Positions 25,792 to 37,467 of a stretch of 64,000 nt of DNA are shown here, one piece after another (within the stretch, counting starts at the first letter, position 1; each line of letters opens with the position of its first letter). Origin of the DNA: Octopus vulgaris. Taxonomy: Eukaryota. Location: positions 24,738,001-24,802,000 of the forward strand of contig OX597815.1 in NCBI GenBank assembly GCA_951406725.2, read 5' to 3'. The translations under genes and the position numbers were made by a program. The notes beneath the pieces were generated by a model. That model saw only the letters and a program-made list of their open reading frames with translations, searched no databases and was not told where the DNA came from.

Positions 25792-26250
25792 CATGCCAGT
25801 GGCACCTAAAAGGCACCATTCGAGCATGATCATTACCAGCATCGTCTTACTGGCACTTGTGTCCATGCTAGTAGGGTGCCAAGAGCACCATCCGAGCATG
25901 ATCGTTGCCAGAGCTGCCAACTGGCTTCCGTGCCAGTGGCACGTAAAAGGGCGCCATTTGAGCGTGATCATTATCAACGTCACCTTACTGGAACCTGTGC
26001 TGGTGGCATGTGTAAAAAGATTCGAGCGAGGTCGTTGCCAGTACTGCTGACTGGCCCCCGTGCCAGTGGCATGTAAAAAGCACCCACTACACTCTTGGAG
26101 TGGTTGCCGTTAGGAAGGGCATCCAGCTGTAGAAACTCTGCCAAATCAAGATTGGAGCCTGGTGCAGCCATCTGGTTCGCCAGCCCTCAGTCAAAATCGC
26201 CCAACCCATACTAGCATGGAAAGCGGACGTTGAACGATGATGATGATGAT
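25792..26250 (+). mobile_element. Family-A retroposon, subfamily A2, with 4-5 array units
   Basis: TGCCAGTGGCA-type cores recur every ~63-73 nt ahead of the A body and (GAT)n tail. Confidence 0.87.
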
Positions 26251-27396
26251 GGTGTGTCGATATCCTTGTTTACTCTTTACTCAAAGCAAAATCCATTGGT
26301 TACTCTTTGCTCACAGCACCTTTGTGTGATTATTTTGATTGATACATAGGTGTTTGTAGCATTCATTGGGTGGAACAGGAAAGACAGAGGTTCACTTTTT
26401 GCAGGAATAGTTTCTTTGGGCCAAATTATATCTTTATACCAGTAGTAACAGTTGTCACTAAATCTCACTGTTTCTTGTTGTTGCAAATATTTTGAGCATA
26501 GATGTTTAGATCATTCACAAAGAAGCTCTTAAAAGGGAATTAAAACAAATGAACAATAATATGAAATGCTTATGGGATTTTACAAACTGACTCAATTTTC
26601 CATTTTAACCTACTTTATAGTTTTCTTATAAACTATTTCTGACATTTGTCACAACTGTCTATTGTTTGATTTTAAGCTTCATATCATTTATATAGTATAT
26701 ACAATTTCATGTGGCAGTATCACATTTCAATTTCTTACTAATGGTCTCACCTATATTTGCAATGAAAAATGATCCAAAGAAAAACCGTCCACCATTATAC
26801 AGAATGCACAAGCATGTTACAATCCATGGTCAGCCTACTATACAGTTTCATCTTCTCTAAGTCTCTTTGATCAAGTATAATGGCTTCTGTTAAACTTTAC
26901 ATTATTCCCACTTATTTTCATTTGATGCATCTAACACTCCCCCTACAAGTAGGAGGGTAACTTGTAGAAATTATGAGAGTTGAGACAGCTTCTATATTGT
27001 CACTCAACCTTCTACAAATAGCAGCCAAATCTCCCTCAAATTTGACTGCTTTAAAAGAAGTGGGAACAGAACATTAAATATGTATCCTATATACATTAAG
27101 CTTCAAGTAAAAAGATAAGAATAATCATAGCTGAGAGGCCTTTAATCATTAATCTGTTTAATTATAGCTAACCTGAGGTTAATGTGATGTTTCCTCCACA
27201 GGACCAGCATTAGAGGTGCTGATTCCTTAAGCAAGATATATTTCAGTGTTCTTACAAATAATTTTTCCTAAATTTTCACAAGGAGTAAAACTTGTAAATT
27301 TAAGAATAAAGTGCTTATTACAATTTATTGAATACAAGACAAAAAAAGTATTTATTCTATTCATAATGCTAATGTTTGTCTTTTACACTGAAGATT

Positions 27397-27720
27397 CCTC
27401 CGTGCCAGTGGCACGTAAAAAGCACCATCCGATCGTGGCCATTGCCAGCCTCACTTGGCCTCAGTGCCGGTGGCACGTAAGAAGCACCATTTGATCGTGG
27501 CCATTTGCCAGTCTCATCTGGCACCTGTGCCGGTGGGACGTAAAGAGTACCCACTACACTCACGGAGTGGTTGGCATTAGGAAGGGCATCCAGCTGTAGA
27601 AACATTGCCAGATCAGACTGGGCCTGGTGCAGCCTTCTGGCTTCCCAGACCCTAGTTGAACCATCTAACCCATGCTAGCATGGAAAGCAGACGCTAAATG
27701 ATGATGATGATGATGATGAT
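27397..27720 (+). mobile_element. Family-A retroposon, subfamily A1
   Basis: Three array cores, A body and (GAT)n tail. Confidence 0.87.
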
Positions 27721-29956
27721 TCCAAATACAAGATTCCAAGCAACTAAGTTGTTGGTGCCTTCAGCCAACCCTGTTCTTCAAACATATCCACAAAATAAAT
27801 GCTGGTGGTTGGTATGTATATGGTTTAATTTCTCTTGTTGGGTATACTATCTTCCAATTCATATCATGTTTGTTTACATATGTCTATCACTTAGTTGATA
27901 TAAAAAAAACTTCAACTATTAATATAAAAATTTGTATATGTTGTTTGTGCAGAAAAGGTAAATGGCCATGTGGTTAGAGTATTGAATTGCTAGCTTATAT
28001 ATCATAAGTTCACTAATATGTAAGGAAATAGGTAGCAAATTGTCTAAAGATATATGTTCCTCAAAATGAAAAGAAAATTGGAATTCTATCTGCTTAATGC
28101 TACTAAATCCAAAATTAAACACTGACTTCAAGATTTTATGTGGCATTAGAGACACACACACACATATCAGATTTTAGATTTCTGTAACAGAATGTAATAA
28201 AGTCTTCCCTTGATGACCCTTTGCAGTTAGGCATCCAAATACACTTGGAACATCCAATGGTGAGTTCCAAATAACTCCAGTGGTGAAAAGTATACAGGAA
28301 CTAATTTATATTTGTGTTTATTTTAATTTTCCCCCTCAATCATATATATATGTGAGTGTGTGTGTGATTGGTGAGTGAGATTGGTGAGTGGGAATACCTT
28401 TCAAGTGTTGGCGATATGAAAAATATGTCCAGTATACTCTGTAAAATGGTTGGCAGAAAGGGCATCCAGCTGTAGAAATCAAGTCAAATGGTGCACATAC
28501 AAGCACCAGTCTATGAGAGCAATGGCTCCCAATAAGAAATGATGCAGACCATGATGGCCAATCCAACTCATGCCACCATGAAATGCAGATGCAAGCGGAC
28601 ATACAGGCATGTAGATAATCACAGATTCCCAAAGTGAGTACAACTATGTAGAATATTAAAAAAATATATTTAAATTAAGAAAATGAAATGCAGATATGAC
28701 TGCTTAGTCTCTTAACTATGCCTTGCCTTGTGAAAATTTTCAAGTGAACAAAACACCCAAATACAACCAAGATGTTATATTAACACATGCTTGGAATATT
28801 GTGGTAAAATTTGAATGTGAATTTAGATACTAGACTGCTAAGCACAAGATCTGAACCTTACTACAAGCCTTATAATGTGGCGGCATTACTTATCTTACTT
28901 CAGTTACTAAGAGTAAGCATAGGTAATACTACCAATTCAGACAGTCTTTCATAGAAGTAAATAGTGCTCTGTGTGAGTCATGTTGAATCTAAGCAGGAAG
29001 TAAAATCTGCAGTTACTATCTGGCATCAGAATCAAGCAGGAAGATAGTGATTAGTAAACTGGTAAGAGAATCGGTGATGTTTTATCATGGTACAGGCATT
29101 TGAAAGAAAGGCAAAAGATAAGAGCAAAAGAAAAATTCATTCTCAGCTAATTGGTAAATAGGATGGTTACTACACACGAGAAGGATGGTCACAGCCAACC
29201 TTGATTTAACAGGGTGGCTTTGTGGATTACTGAGAAAATACAGTACTCTGCTGTAGATGTAAATACTCAAAGATTTCTTGATAGCATTAAAGCTTTTTGA
29301 TACTGTTAAAGAAAGGCTTTCTATTGGTAGCTACAAAAACGAAAAACTTCACTTGGTTTCCAAAATAGAGTCTACATTATCCTAATCTACACAAAAGAAA
29401 ACAGTTGTAAATATAAATAAAAGACTTAAATATTTTAAAAACAGTGTTCATTTGAAAGAAATGCAGCTGGATTCAAAATGTTAAGGATCTTTTGTAACCT
29501 TTTCCCAAATCAATTTTACTAGAGTTTTCTTGCCTGTAAAGATTGATATGTTTACAAGTTTACAATTAATAAATAAATAACACTAACACAGTAACACTAA
29601 CACAGTGTTGATAAAAATACTCAAAAATTAATCAAAATCTATAAGTGTTAATCCTTTGAAAGATATTCCTGCATTCAGAAAAAAACCAACTTATTGAACC
29701 TAAGAATGCTATAAACCTTTCGAAGAAGCCACTTCTAAATTCAGCATCACTCATTGTATCTTTTAAATTAAGTGTTGATGGAATCCTTCTTTGAACAGAA
29801 TATCATTAAAGTGTCAAATTCTTTCTGATAAATTTATTTACCATTAAGTAACAGCTAAACCATTTACCACACATGCTCATCTGCACACATTTTCAGATAT
29901 AAAAGGCAGAACACAATCTCAATTATAGTTTATCTAAACAAGAATTATATTTCTTA

Positions 29957-30349
29957 CTAGACTACCCATGACCATGTATCTCAGGAACCTGTGGTCTGAT
30001 TTATGCAAAACTTGTTTGCACATTTTGATGGTACCTTATTTTCAGAGTATTTTCCCATTATGTTCTGGTTTGGCTATTTATAAAGGTGTTCACAGCAAAG
30101 AGCAATAACTCCAGGTTTCACTGCTTAAATTTGTGGAAACAAACCCCAAAAACCACATATCTCGGGAATCCGTGGTCCAGTTTATGTGAAACTTGTTTTA
30201 TTCCATTTGTATTCACATTTCAGGGGTACCTTACTTTCAGAGTATTTTCCCATTATGTGCCAGCTGGGCTGTATCTAATTACAGATCAGCACGTATGCAA
30301 GCAAGGACACAAGCAAACAAACAATCACAGAGTTTTAGAAGTATATAGA
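29957..30349 (-). mobile_element. Helitron-like non-autonomous element with internal duplication
   Basis: Minus strand a|TCTATATAC...CTAG|t ends. ~29975-30064 is imperfectly repeated at ~30156-30258 (GGTACCTTAyTTTCAGAGTATTTTCCCATTATGT). Confidence 0.5.
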
Positions 30350-33300
30350 TATTCTGATCGTGTCATTTGTACTTCCATTCCAAGCAAGACAACCAAATGT
30401 GTATATAGTCTAGTTCAATAACCTGGGTATATAATACCAAGTACTATTCATAATGAAGCAAACATTTGGAATGATTTTAATACTAAAAACACTGTCATTT
30501 ATTGCTGAAGTTTTTTATTACTGTTTCTCTGATATAAATGGTTAGGTTTCAAACCTTACCTCATCACATTTATAATCATTACTCAACAGGGTCAAGGTGA
30601 TAGACTATGCTAAATATAGTCTCTGACCTAAAAACATTTTAATCAACTTTCAGTCCTTTGTAATTAATATAAGTAACAATATGGTAAATATTCTTAGCTA
30701 CAAAACATTTTGTTATAACATTGGCTATTTTTCTAATGAGAAAATTCATTATTCAGCTGTTGTAACCATGTATCTAGTCAAACAAAATTACTGCTTAACC
30801 ATTGTTTGTAATGAACACTCCTATATGTCCTCTTTTGTGATGTCACAAAAAGAGCAGCACACCTGTTCTTTTTTTTAAAAACCTGCTTTATTGTCAATAA
30901 TACCTTGGCTCTCATGAACTACTTTGCAACTATGAACACTTTATGCTCTTTCTTATTCTTTGATACTTTCAGAAGTACATTGAACTCTATCATACCCCTA
31001 AACATCTAACTACATAATTCTTCCTAGACATACTTGTTGCTATAATGATGTTTGCATCTACATTCTTCTTAATATCTGCACAACACCCCACTAAGTATTC
31101 AATAGTATTAATTCAATATTTATCTTACAAACATTACTTATGTACTGAGATGATTGAAGCAAGTGACATTTCTTAATTATCCACATTTTTGGAAGGACAG
31201 TTAGGTATGGCATTTGTTGTTTGGGAGTATGGTACTACTGCTTATGATATTAAATTCAAAGACAGGAAATAGTATTAAACCAATAAGGTATTAACCATTG
31301 TTGACATGAGAAATAACTCAAAAAATAGAGAAGACTGCTTTAAATAAAAAGTGGAAGGATTTGATATTATCATGAAATGCTGGAATTTATTTTCTAATTA
31401 AATAAATGAAAACAATGTAAAATAGTTTAATTTATGAAGACTATGAAACATCTGAAGTAAATATGGACCCCTTAATAAAGAAGAAAAATACTTTGTTTAA
31501 CCTTCTCACCTTTACACATTAATCCTACTTTTCTTGCTTAGATCATTACTGCAACAACTTAAAACATTTAACTCCTCATGACATATATGGATAATATGAT
31601 ACCAGTATTAAAACAAACCTTGTATCTTTCAGATTAAGGACTTTGCTCACTCACCACAAAAGAAAACCAGTGGCTTCAGAATAAACACTATATAACAGTT
31701 AAGAGTGGCAGGTCCTTGAAACAGATTAAAATGTCAACCCAATGCAGTCTGGCCCCATGAAAAGAACAAGTCAAAAAGACACTGAAACTGAAAGAAATGA
31801 AGAAATAAAAGCTAGTTTATTACATTAAGTTTTTCTCAAGTAACAAATGACTGGGAATGTCAGAGTTTAAATTACATCTCTAAAGGTTATAAGTATGAGA
31901 TAAAGAGACACCAATCAGAACAGAAAGCTCTTTTAGACACTGTCAATACTACAAGTGGTAAGCGGAAAAGGAGAGTAATTTCAGTTTGATATTGTTTGCT
32001 AAATCAGAGTTTATCAACCATCATTAAAATAGCAGTATAGAAATCTAATAGTTAACTAAAACCAATCAGGGTAAACTGACATTTTCAAGAGACTGCGTTA
32101 ATGAGAAATATCAATAAAGATGAGCAAACAAACTAGCTCCACAGAGAATCAGTCTCATACATTATTGATAGAACACAATACAAACAAATGGTAAAGAATG
32201 TTAGAGTAGGAGAAAACAAACAAAGAATAAAATGGCCAAATGAGGATTAATATTAGGATAAGCCCATCTTAATTAAATTCTCATCCTAGACTGTTATATT
32301 TTATTTGTTAATATAAAGCTAGCATGTGTGCTCACTTGGATTTTAAATTCTACCTCAGATTTCAAATAAATACCAGATGGTATTCAAGTTTCCGGGAATT
32401 ATTCATTTCTTTACACACTTTATTATGTTTGCTTCTCAGATTCTCATTTTGAAAGAGAAAAAGTCACATTTCCAGTCTATACATCAAATTGTGGAATTAT
32501 AAGAATGCACACCTGAGAGGAAATGAGGTGTTAATATTGTTAAATTATTCTCTGTTTGTAGAAGCTTCAAGACTGTAAAGCAAACTGCTCTACATATACT
32601 GGCCTACCACAGATATATGGCCTTGTCTGTTACTTTTACTACTCTTGGAATAGATACTATCCTTAGTTTCATGACACAACCTCTCCCACCTGCATTTTTC
32701 CTTCTCATCCTGTGCCACATGTCCAGACATGAGAGACACAGGAAGGGGAGAAAGGTTTAATATTATTTTTTTCAGAACTGCATTCCTCAAGAACATTCTT
32801 ATGATTTACATCTAACCATTAACCTGCCATTCAAACTGTGCATTAACTTTATTAACCATTTAAAATTATCTCAATAACTTTAGAGTAGGAAGGTATAAAA
32901 AACAAAACGCTCTTTGGTCTACAAATTAGCAAATAAAATAAAGAAAAGGATAACAAAGCTAAGAAACAAAAATATCAGATGATAAATCAACTACTTAGCT
33001 AGAAAAGGCTGCATATGGAGGTTGTCTGTTCCAAATAGAATCATCATTACCATTTAACATCCTCTTTTTCATATTGACATGGGTCAGACAGAATTTGTTG
33101 AAGCAGATTTTTTAGAACTAGAAGCCTTTTTTCTATTGCCAACCCATAACTGCCTCCAGAGAGATAATATTTTCCCTTGGCCAGACATGTTTTCATGAAA
33201 GACTGGAAATGAATAACTGCACTTGCATGATGATGATGATGCTCATTCACAATCATCAAGTAATGTCTAGAGATGGGTACACACATGCCTATCACACACA

Positions 33301-33465
33301 CACACATACACATGTTAGCTATTGAAAGGATTCATTCACAGAGACATACATCCAGGCTATAGTATGTGGTAATAAATACTGACACTAGTTCCATATATTT
33401 ATAGTATATACATTTTTTTTAAAACAAATTATTTCGTGAAATCATAAGGTTAACATTAGTTTTTA

Positions 33466-33880
33466 GGAGTGGCTGTGTGGTAAGTAACTTGCTTACCAAT
33501 CACATGCTCATGGGTTCAGTCCCACTGCATGGCACCTTGGGCAAGTGTCTTCTACTATAGCCTCAGGCTGACCAAAGCCTTCTGAGTGGATTTGGTAGAC
33601 GGAAACTGAAAGAAGCCCGTCATATATATGTAAAAAGTGGAGGCACGTGGCTTAGTGGTTAGGGTGTCAGCATCATGATCGTAAGGTTGTGGTTTCGATT
33701 ACTGGACCGGGCGATGCATTGTGTTCTTGAGCAAAACACTTCATTTCATGTTGCTCCAGTCCACTCAGCTGGCAAAAAGGAGTAATCCTAAGATGAACCG
33801 GCGTTCCATCCAGGTGGGGAATTTCTATGCTACTGAAACTGGGAAACCAGCCCTTATGAGCCTGGCATGGCTAGAGAAGG
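33466..33880 (+). mobile_element. Composite SINE: 5' half of family B fused to head E with tail X, bounded by one 14-bp TSD
   Basis: AACATTAGTTTTTA at 33452-33465 and 33881-33894. B part ~33466-33630, E part ~33637-33880. Confidence 0.85.
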
Positions 33881-34005
33881 AACATTAGTTTTTATCAACT
33901 AATGTTGAAGCTTAATTCATACTATCCATAATCATCTGCTTCAACATCCAAACCATCTTTTATCTCTAAAAGAACAAATTAATACTATCTGAAATTAATA
34001 CTATA

Positions 34006-34237
34006 GAGCGAGTTCATTGCCAGTGCCGCCTGACTGGCCACGTGCCAGTGGCACATAAAAGCACCCACTACACTCTCGGAGTGGTTGGCGTTAGGAAGGG
34101 CATCCAGCTGTAGAAACTCTGCCAGATCAAGATTGGAGCCTGGTGCAGCCATCTGGTTCACCAGCCCTCAGTCAAATCATCCAACCCATGCTAGCATGGA
34201 AAGCGGGCATAAGATGATGATGATGATGATGATGATG
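34006..34237 (+). mobile_element. Family-A retroposon, subfamily A2
   Basis: A2 body and (GAT)n tail. Confidence 0.85.
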
Positions 34238-34748
34238 AAAGAAATCCAGACATTCTTGTGTACTGAGATCAGATGTCCCAATTGCTAACCTTTGTAGTAA
34301 TTTGCCCTGTGCAAATGGTTTGTCAATGCTTGAGAGCTAATCAAATAATAATGTCCATATAAATACAACATACTACTTTTATTGATTGGCTTTCTGTGAT
34401 TGATAGAGTTAGCTCTAACATTCTGGAATATTAATGATATCAGATTTACTTTGAGCTTTGCAGTTATATTATTCTACAGCAATAATGATGACAACAACAA
34501 TAATAAAGAAAACAAATACAACTATGTTCTATTTTTAGTGCTGCTTCTTTGATTGTTATCTCCATGGAAGATGAATCTTGTACACACACACACACACTCA
34601 CCTAATGACAGCTTGCTCTTAGGTCAAAGAGACATGGGGTGGGGAAGCTTGGTGAAATTACTGTGAAATTTAAAATGATGACAAGAAGAGTTACATAGGA
34701 ACTCATGGGAATGAAAAAAAGTTTCAGAGATTAGCATCCCAAATGTAA

Positions 34749-34751
<3 letters not shown>

Positions 34752-34801
<50 letters not shown>
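34752..34801. repeat. (GT)n microsatellite
   Basis: Directly visible. Confidence 0.95.
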
Positions 34802-34804
<3 letters not shown>

Positions 34805-36471
34805 ATATATGTTTTATTCTCTCTCTGTTTATCTCCCTGTGTTTCTTTCTGTTGAAGAGCATAGGCTCGAAACATAAAAGATTTTCTCACCTTCCTGAGA
34901 TTCAAACTAATGCACTTGCTTGTTTATACACCTATTTTTGTCTTATGTTGTTCTGTAAATTTCAACTATGTATATATATACACACACACATACATACATA
35001 GATAGAGTGAGAGAGAGAGAAAGGGAGAAAGAGAGAAGAGAGATGTAGAGAAAAATACAGCGTGTAATAGAGAAAACAAAGATCTTTTTCTCTCCTTCTC
35101 TCTCCCCTTTCTTTTTCTCTCACTGAATGTTATAAGCCAGAGAAACACAGATAAACTGAGCATTAGTAATGGAACTGACAAGGCTAAATTGAAAAATTCA
35201 CTATAGTAGTAGTAGTAATATAAGCAGAAGGGGACACAGACAGAGAGTGACTACCATTGCTGCTACCAAGCACCACTACATTAAAAAAAAAAATGACATA
35301 CATATAAGCAATATGTCAATTGAAATGTTAACTATTTACTGAACTGCAGGAAACCATAATATGTTATTTTAATGAGCATTTCACTAAAAGTAAAATTAAA
35401 GCAAAAATAAATAAATAAATAAAGAGTATTGTGCCTCAGTTATTGTATAATAAAACTAAATGTGACTATGGAATTTTGGGACTTTGAAAGATCTATTTTC
35501 CTCATAATTCTTAACGATATATTACTATATTACAATATATGGGGAAAAAATATATTATTCTAACACCATTCACATCAGAGGTAAGGGTTCTAAAGATAAA
35601 TTATTAGTGAAAAGTATTAATGACCTGGCTTAACTAAATTCACTTTAGCTATAATATTATGTTAATAGTTGTGAATATCGATGGTTTTTCCTTTGTTAGT
35701 GGATACCACATCTGGTTTTCTCTCCTCTCCTTAAGTTGATAAAAATCATCATTGATTACTTAATAATTATGAACAGCCAAAGAGGAAATAATGAAATATA
35801 GGCATTATAATTGTAGTGTGGAAGGTGTTTATAAACCATTTAATAAAAACACACAAAAACTGTTAGATTCACTTCAACATTTAAATTTAATTTGCCAAAA
35901 CATTTTCGTCGCTTTGAGACCACGACCTGTTCACCGAGAAAATTCCGTACTGCATTATAATTCTATTTGCTAAATTAATTTTAAAATTATTTTGAAAATA
36001 GATCAACCCATTTTTATTTGGAAGTAAAAACTTCCATAAATATTGGCTCAGATGTGAATTGTTGTAAATTCACATTAGACATGTGTTTTCTATTATTATT
36101 TGTTTGTATTTGTTAGATCAGAATTCCAAAGATAGGTTGCCAAAGTGATTAAGATCTTTAACAAAACTGAATAAACATCAAATGGAAGCACAATTCAGAT
36201 TAAATCTTCACCCATTCAGAACCATCTGTTATCAGTAACTGCTGTATATACTATTGTTGAAATGAATGTATGGTACATGTTTGCCCTCATTCAAAGAACT
36301 GGAAATTGTATAAATAAGAAATAATTTTAGACTATACAAAAGCAGAATTATCTTGCAGAGATAAAGATTGAGTTATTAATATTTGAATTTCATCATTTTC
36401 TTCTGAAGATAGTCTACTGGATCAATAAAAAGTCAATGCGAGACATTTAATTAGAAGACAAATTGGTACTA

Positions 36472-36840
36472 TCATCATCATCATCATCATCATCGTTTAG
36501 CATCCACTTTCCATGCTAGCATGGGTTGGACGGTTCAACTGGGGTCTGGGAAGCCAGAAGGCTGCACCAGGCCCAGTCTGATCTGGCAATGTTTCTACGG
36601 CTGGATGCCCTTCCTAACGCCAACCACCCTGTGAGTGTAGTGGGTGCTTTTTACGTGCCACTGGCACAGGTGCCAGACAAGGCTGGCAAACGACCACGAT
36701 CGGATGGTACTTTTTACGTGCCACTGGCACGGAGGCCAGTCGGGGCGGCGCTGGCAACGGCCACGTTCAGATGGTTCTCTTATATGCCACCAGCACTGGT
36801 ATCACAGTTACAATTTCCATTGATGTTGATCGATTTCGAT
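36472..36840 (-). mobile_element. Family-A retroposon, subfamily A1
   Basis: Colinear with 2223-2538; source of the recurrent pseudo-ORF MDGSTGVWEARR. Confidence 0.87.
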
Positions 36841-36854
36841 TTTTATTTTTATAT

Positions 36855-37467
36855 TACGGCTAGGGTTAATCTTAAATTTACTTACAAAGTTACATATGTA
36901 TTTTATTTACATACGAACAAAACGCCTTCCCCCACCGTCCAATGGACAGTGCTGAATCATATCTGCTGAATAAAAAGCAATCAGTGTTTCCTTTTCATTA
37001 AAAAATAATTAAGCACACCTTTATTTCAATAAAATTTTTGGTTTTGTTAAACGAAGTTAAGGCAAAAAAAAAACTTCTTGAGAAACCAAATAGGCTTTCC
37101 TTCCTTCATGCCAGGTTTCAAGAAAATATCTCTTTTGCATCTTACTTTTTTGGTCTCTTAAATATTCTGCATTTTGTGGCATTATTTCAAGCTAGCCAGC
37201 TTTTTTTGCACAAACTGCACATGCATTTTTCTCGCATATGCGTAGTATTGATTGCAACAGCTGATGTACTTGCATGTACAAATGCACGTTCCCACGGCTT
37301 TACCGATCACATTCTCACCTGTAATCGATTTTTGTAATTTTTTCAAAACTTATACACGCCCTGATACCGTTGGTATCTACATATCAAATTTGAGCACAAT
37401 CGAATGGAAGATGCCCGAGATCCTAGAAGACACACACACAGACAGACAACGGATTTTGTATGATAGA
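36855..37467 (-). mobile_element. Helitron-like non-autonomous element (5' end clear, 3' end uncertain)
   Basis: Minus strand begins a|TCTATCATACAAAATCCGTTGTCTGTCTGTGTGTG, the same architecture as 16650-17156. CpG-richer than the flanks. Confidence 0.5.

Larger units (their letters stand above)
24255..26540 (-). mobile_element. R4/Dong-like RLE-type non-LTR retrotransposon relic (RT C-terminus, CCHC knuckle, restriction-like endonuclease), interrupted by C and A elements
   Basis: Minus-strand peptides VPVLIPTFGILNWSAEEICSIDIITYKIL and SDIDRLYL; CQLCKFSVEDKTHAISSCPK (CX2CX8HX4C); KHKTPDIV...IEVSCPVDANIS..EKENIY (PD-(D/E)xK-type endonuclease); and terminal SGT..MYKTFLKF. Confidence 0.82.

Noticed and set aside
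25792-26090. CRISPR-like look of palindromic repeats with intervening variable sequence
   Set aside because: The intervening segments are homologous to one another and identical in order across dispersed copies. The array is part of a (GAT)n-tailed eukaryotic retroposon and no cas genes are present.
33637-33712. tRNA-gene-like sequences (also ~13110-13182, ~45400-45472, ~53620-53693)
   Set aside because: They are SINE heads: the acceptor stems do not close properly and each continues into a SINE body, several with TSDs.
36526-36969. Recurrent ORFs MDGSTGVWEARR / FLQLDALPNANH (also at 2284, 42489, 58849 and others) resembling a gene family
   Set aside because: These are antisense translations of family-A copies, with inconsistent starts and stops and no splice structure.
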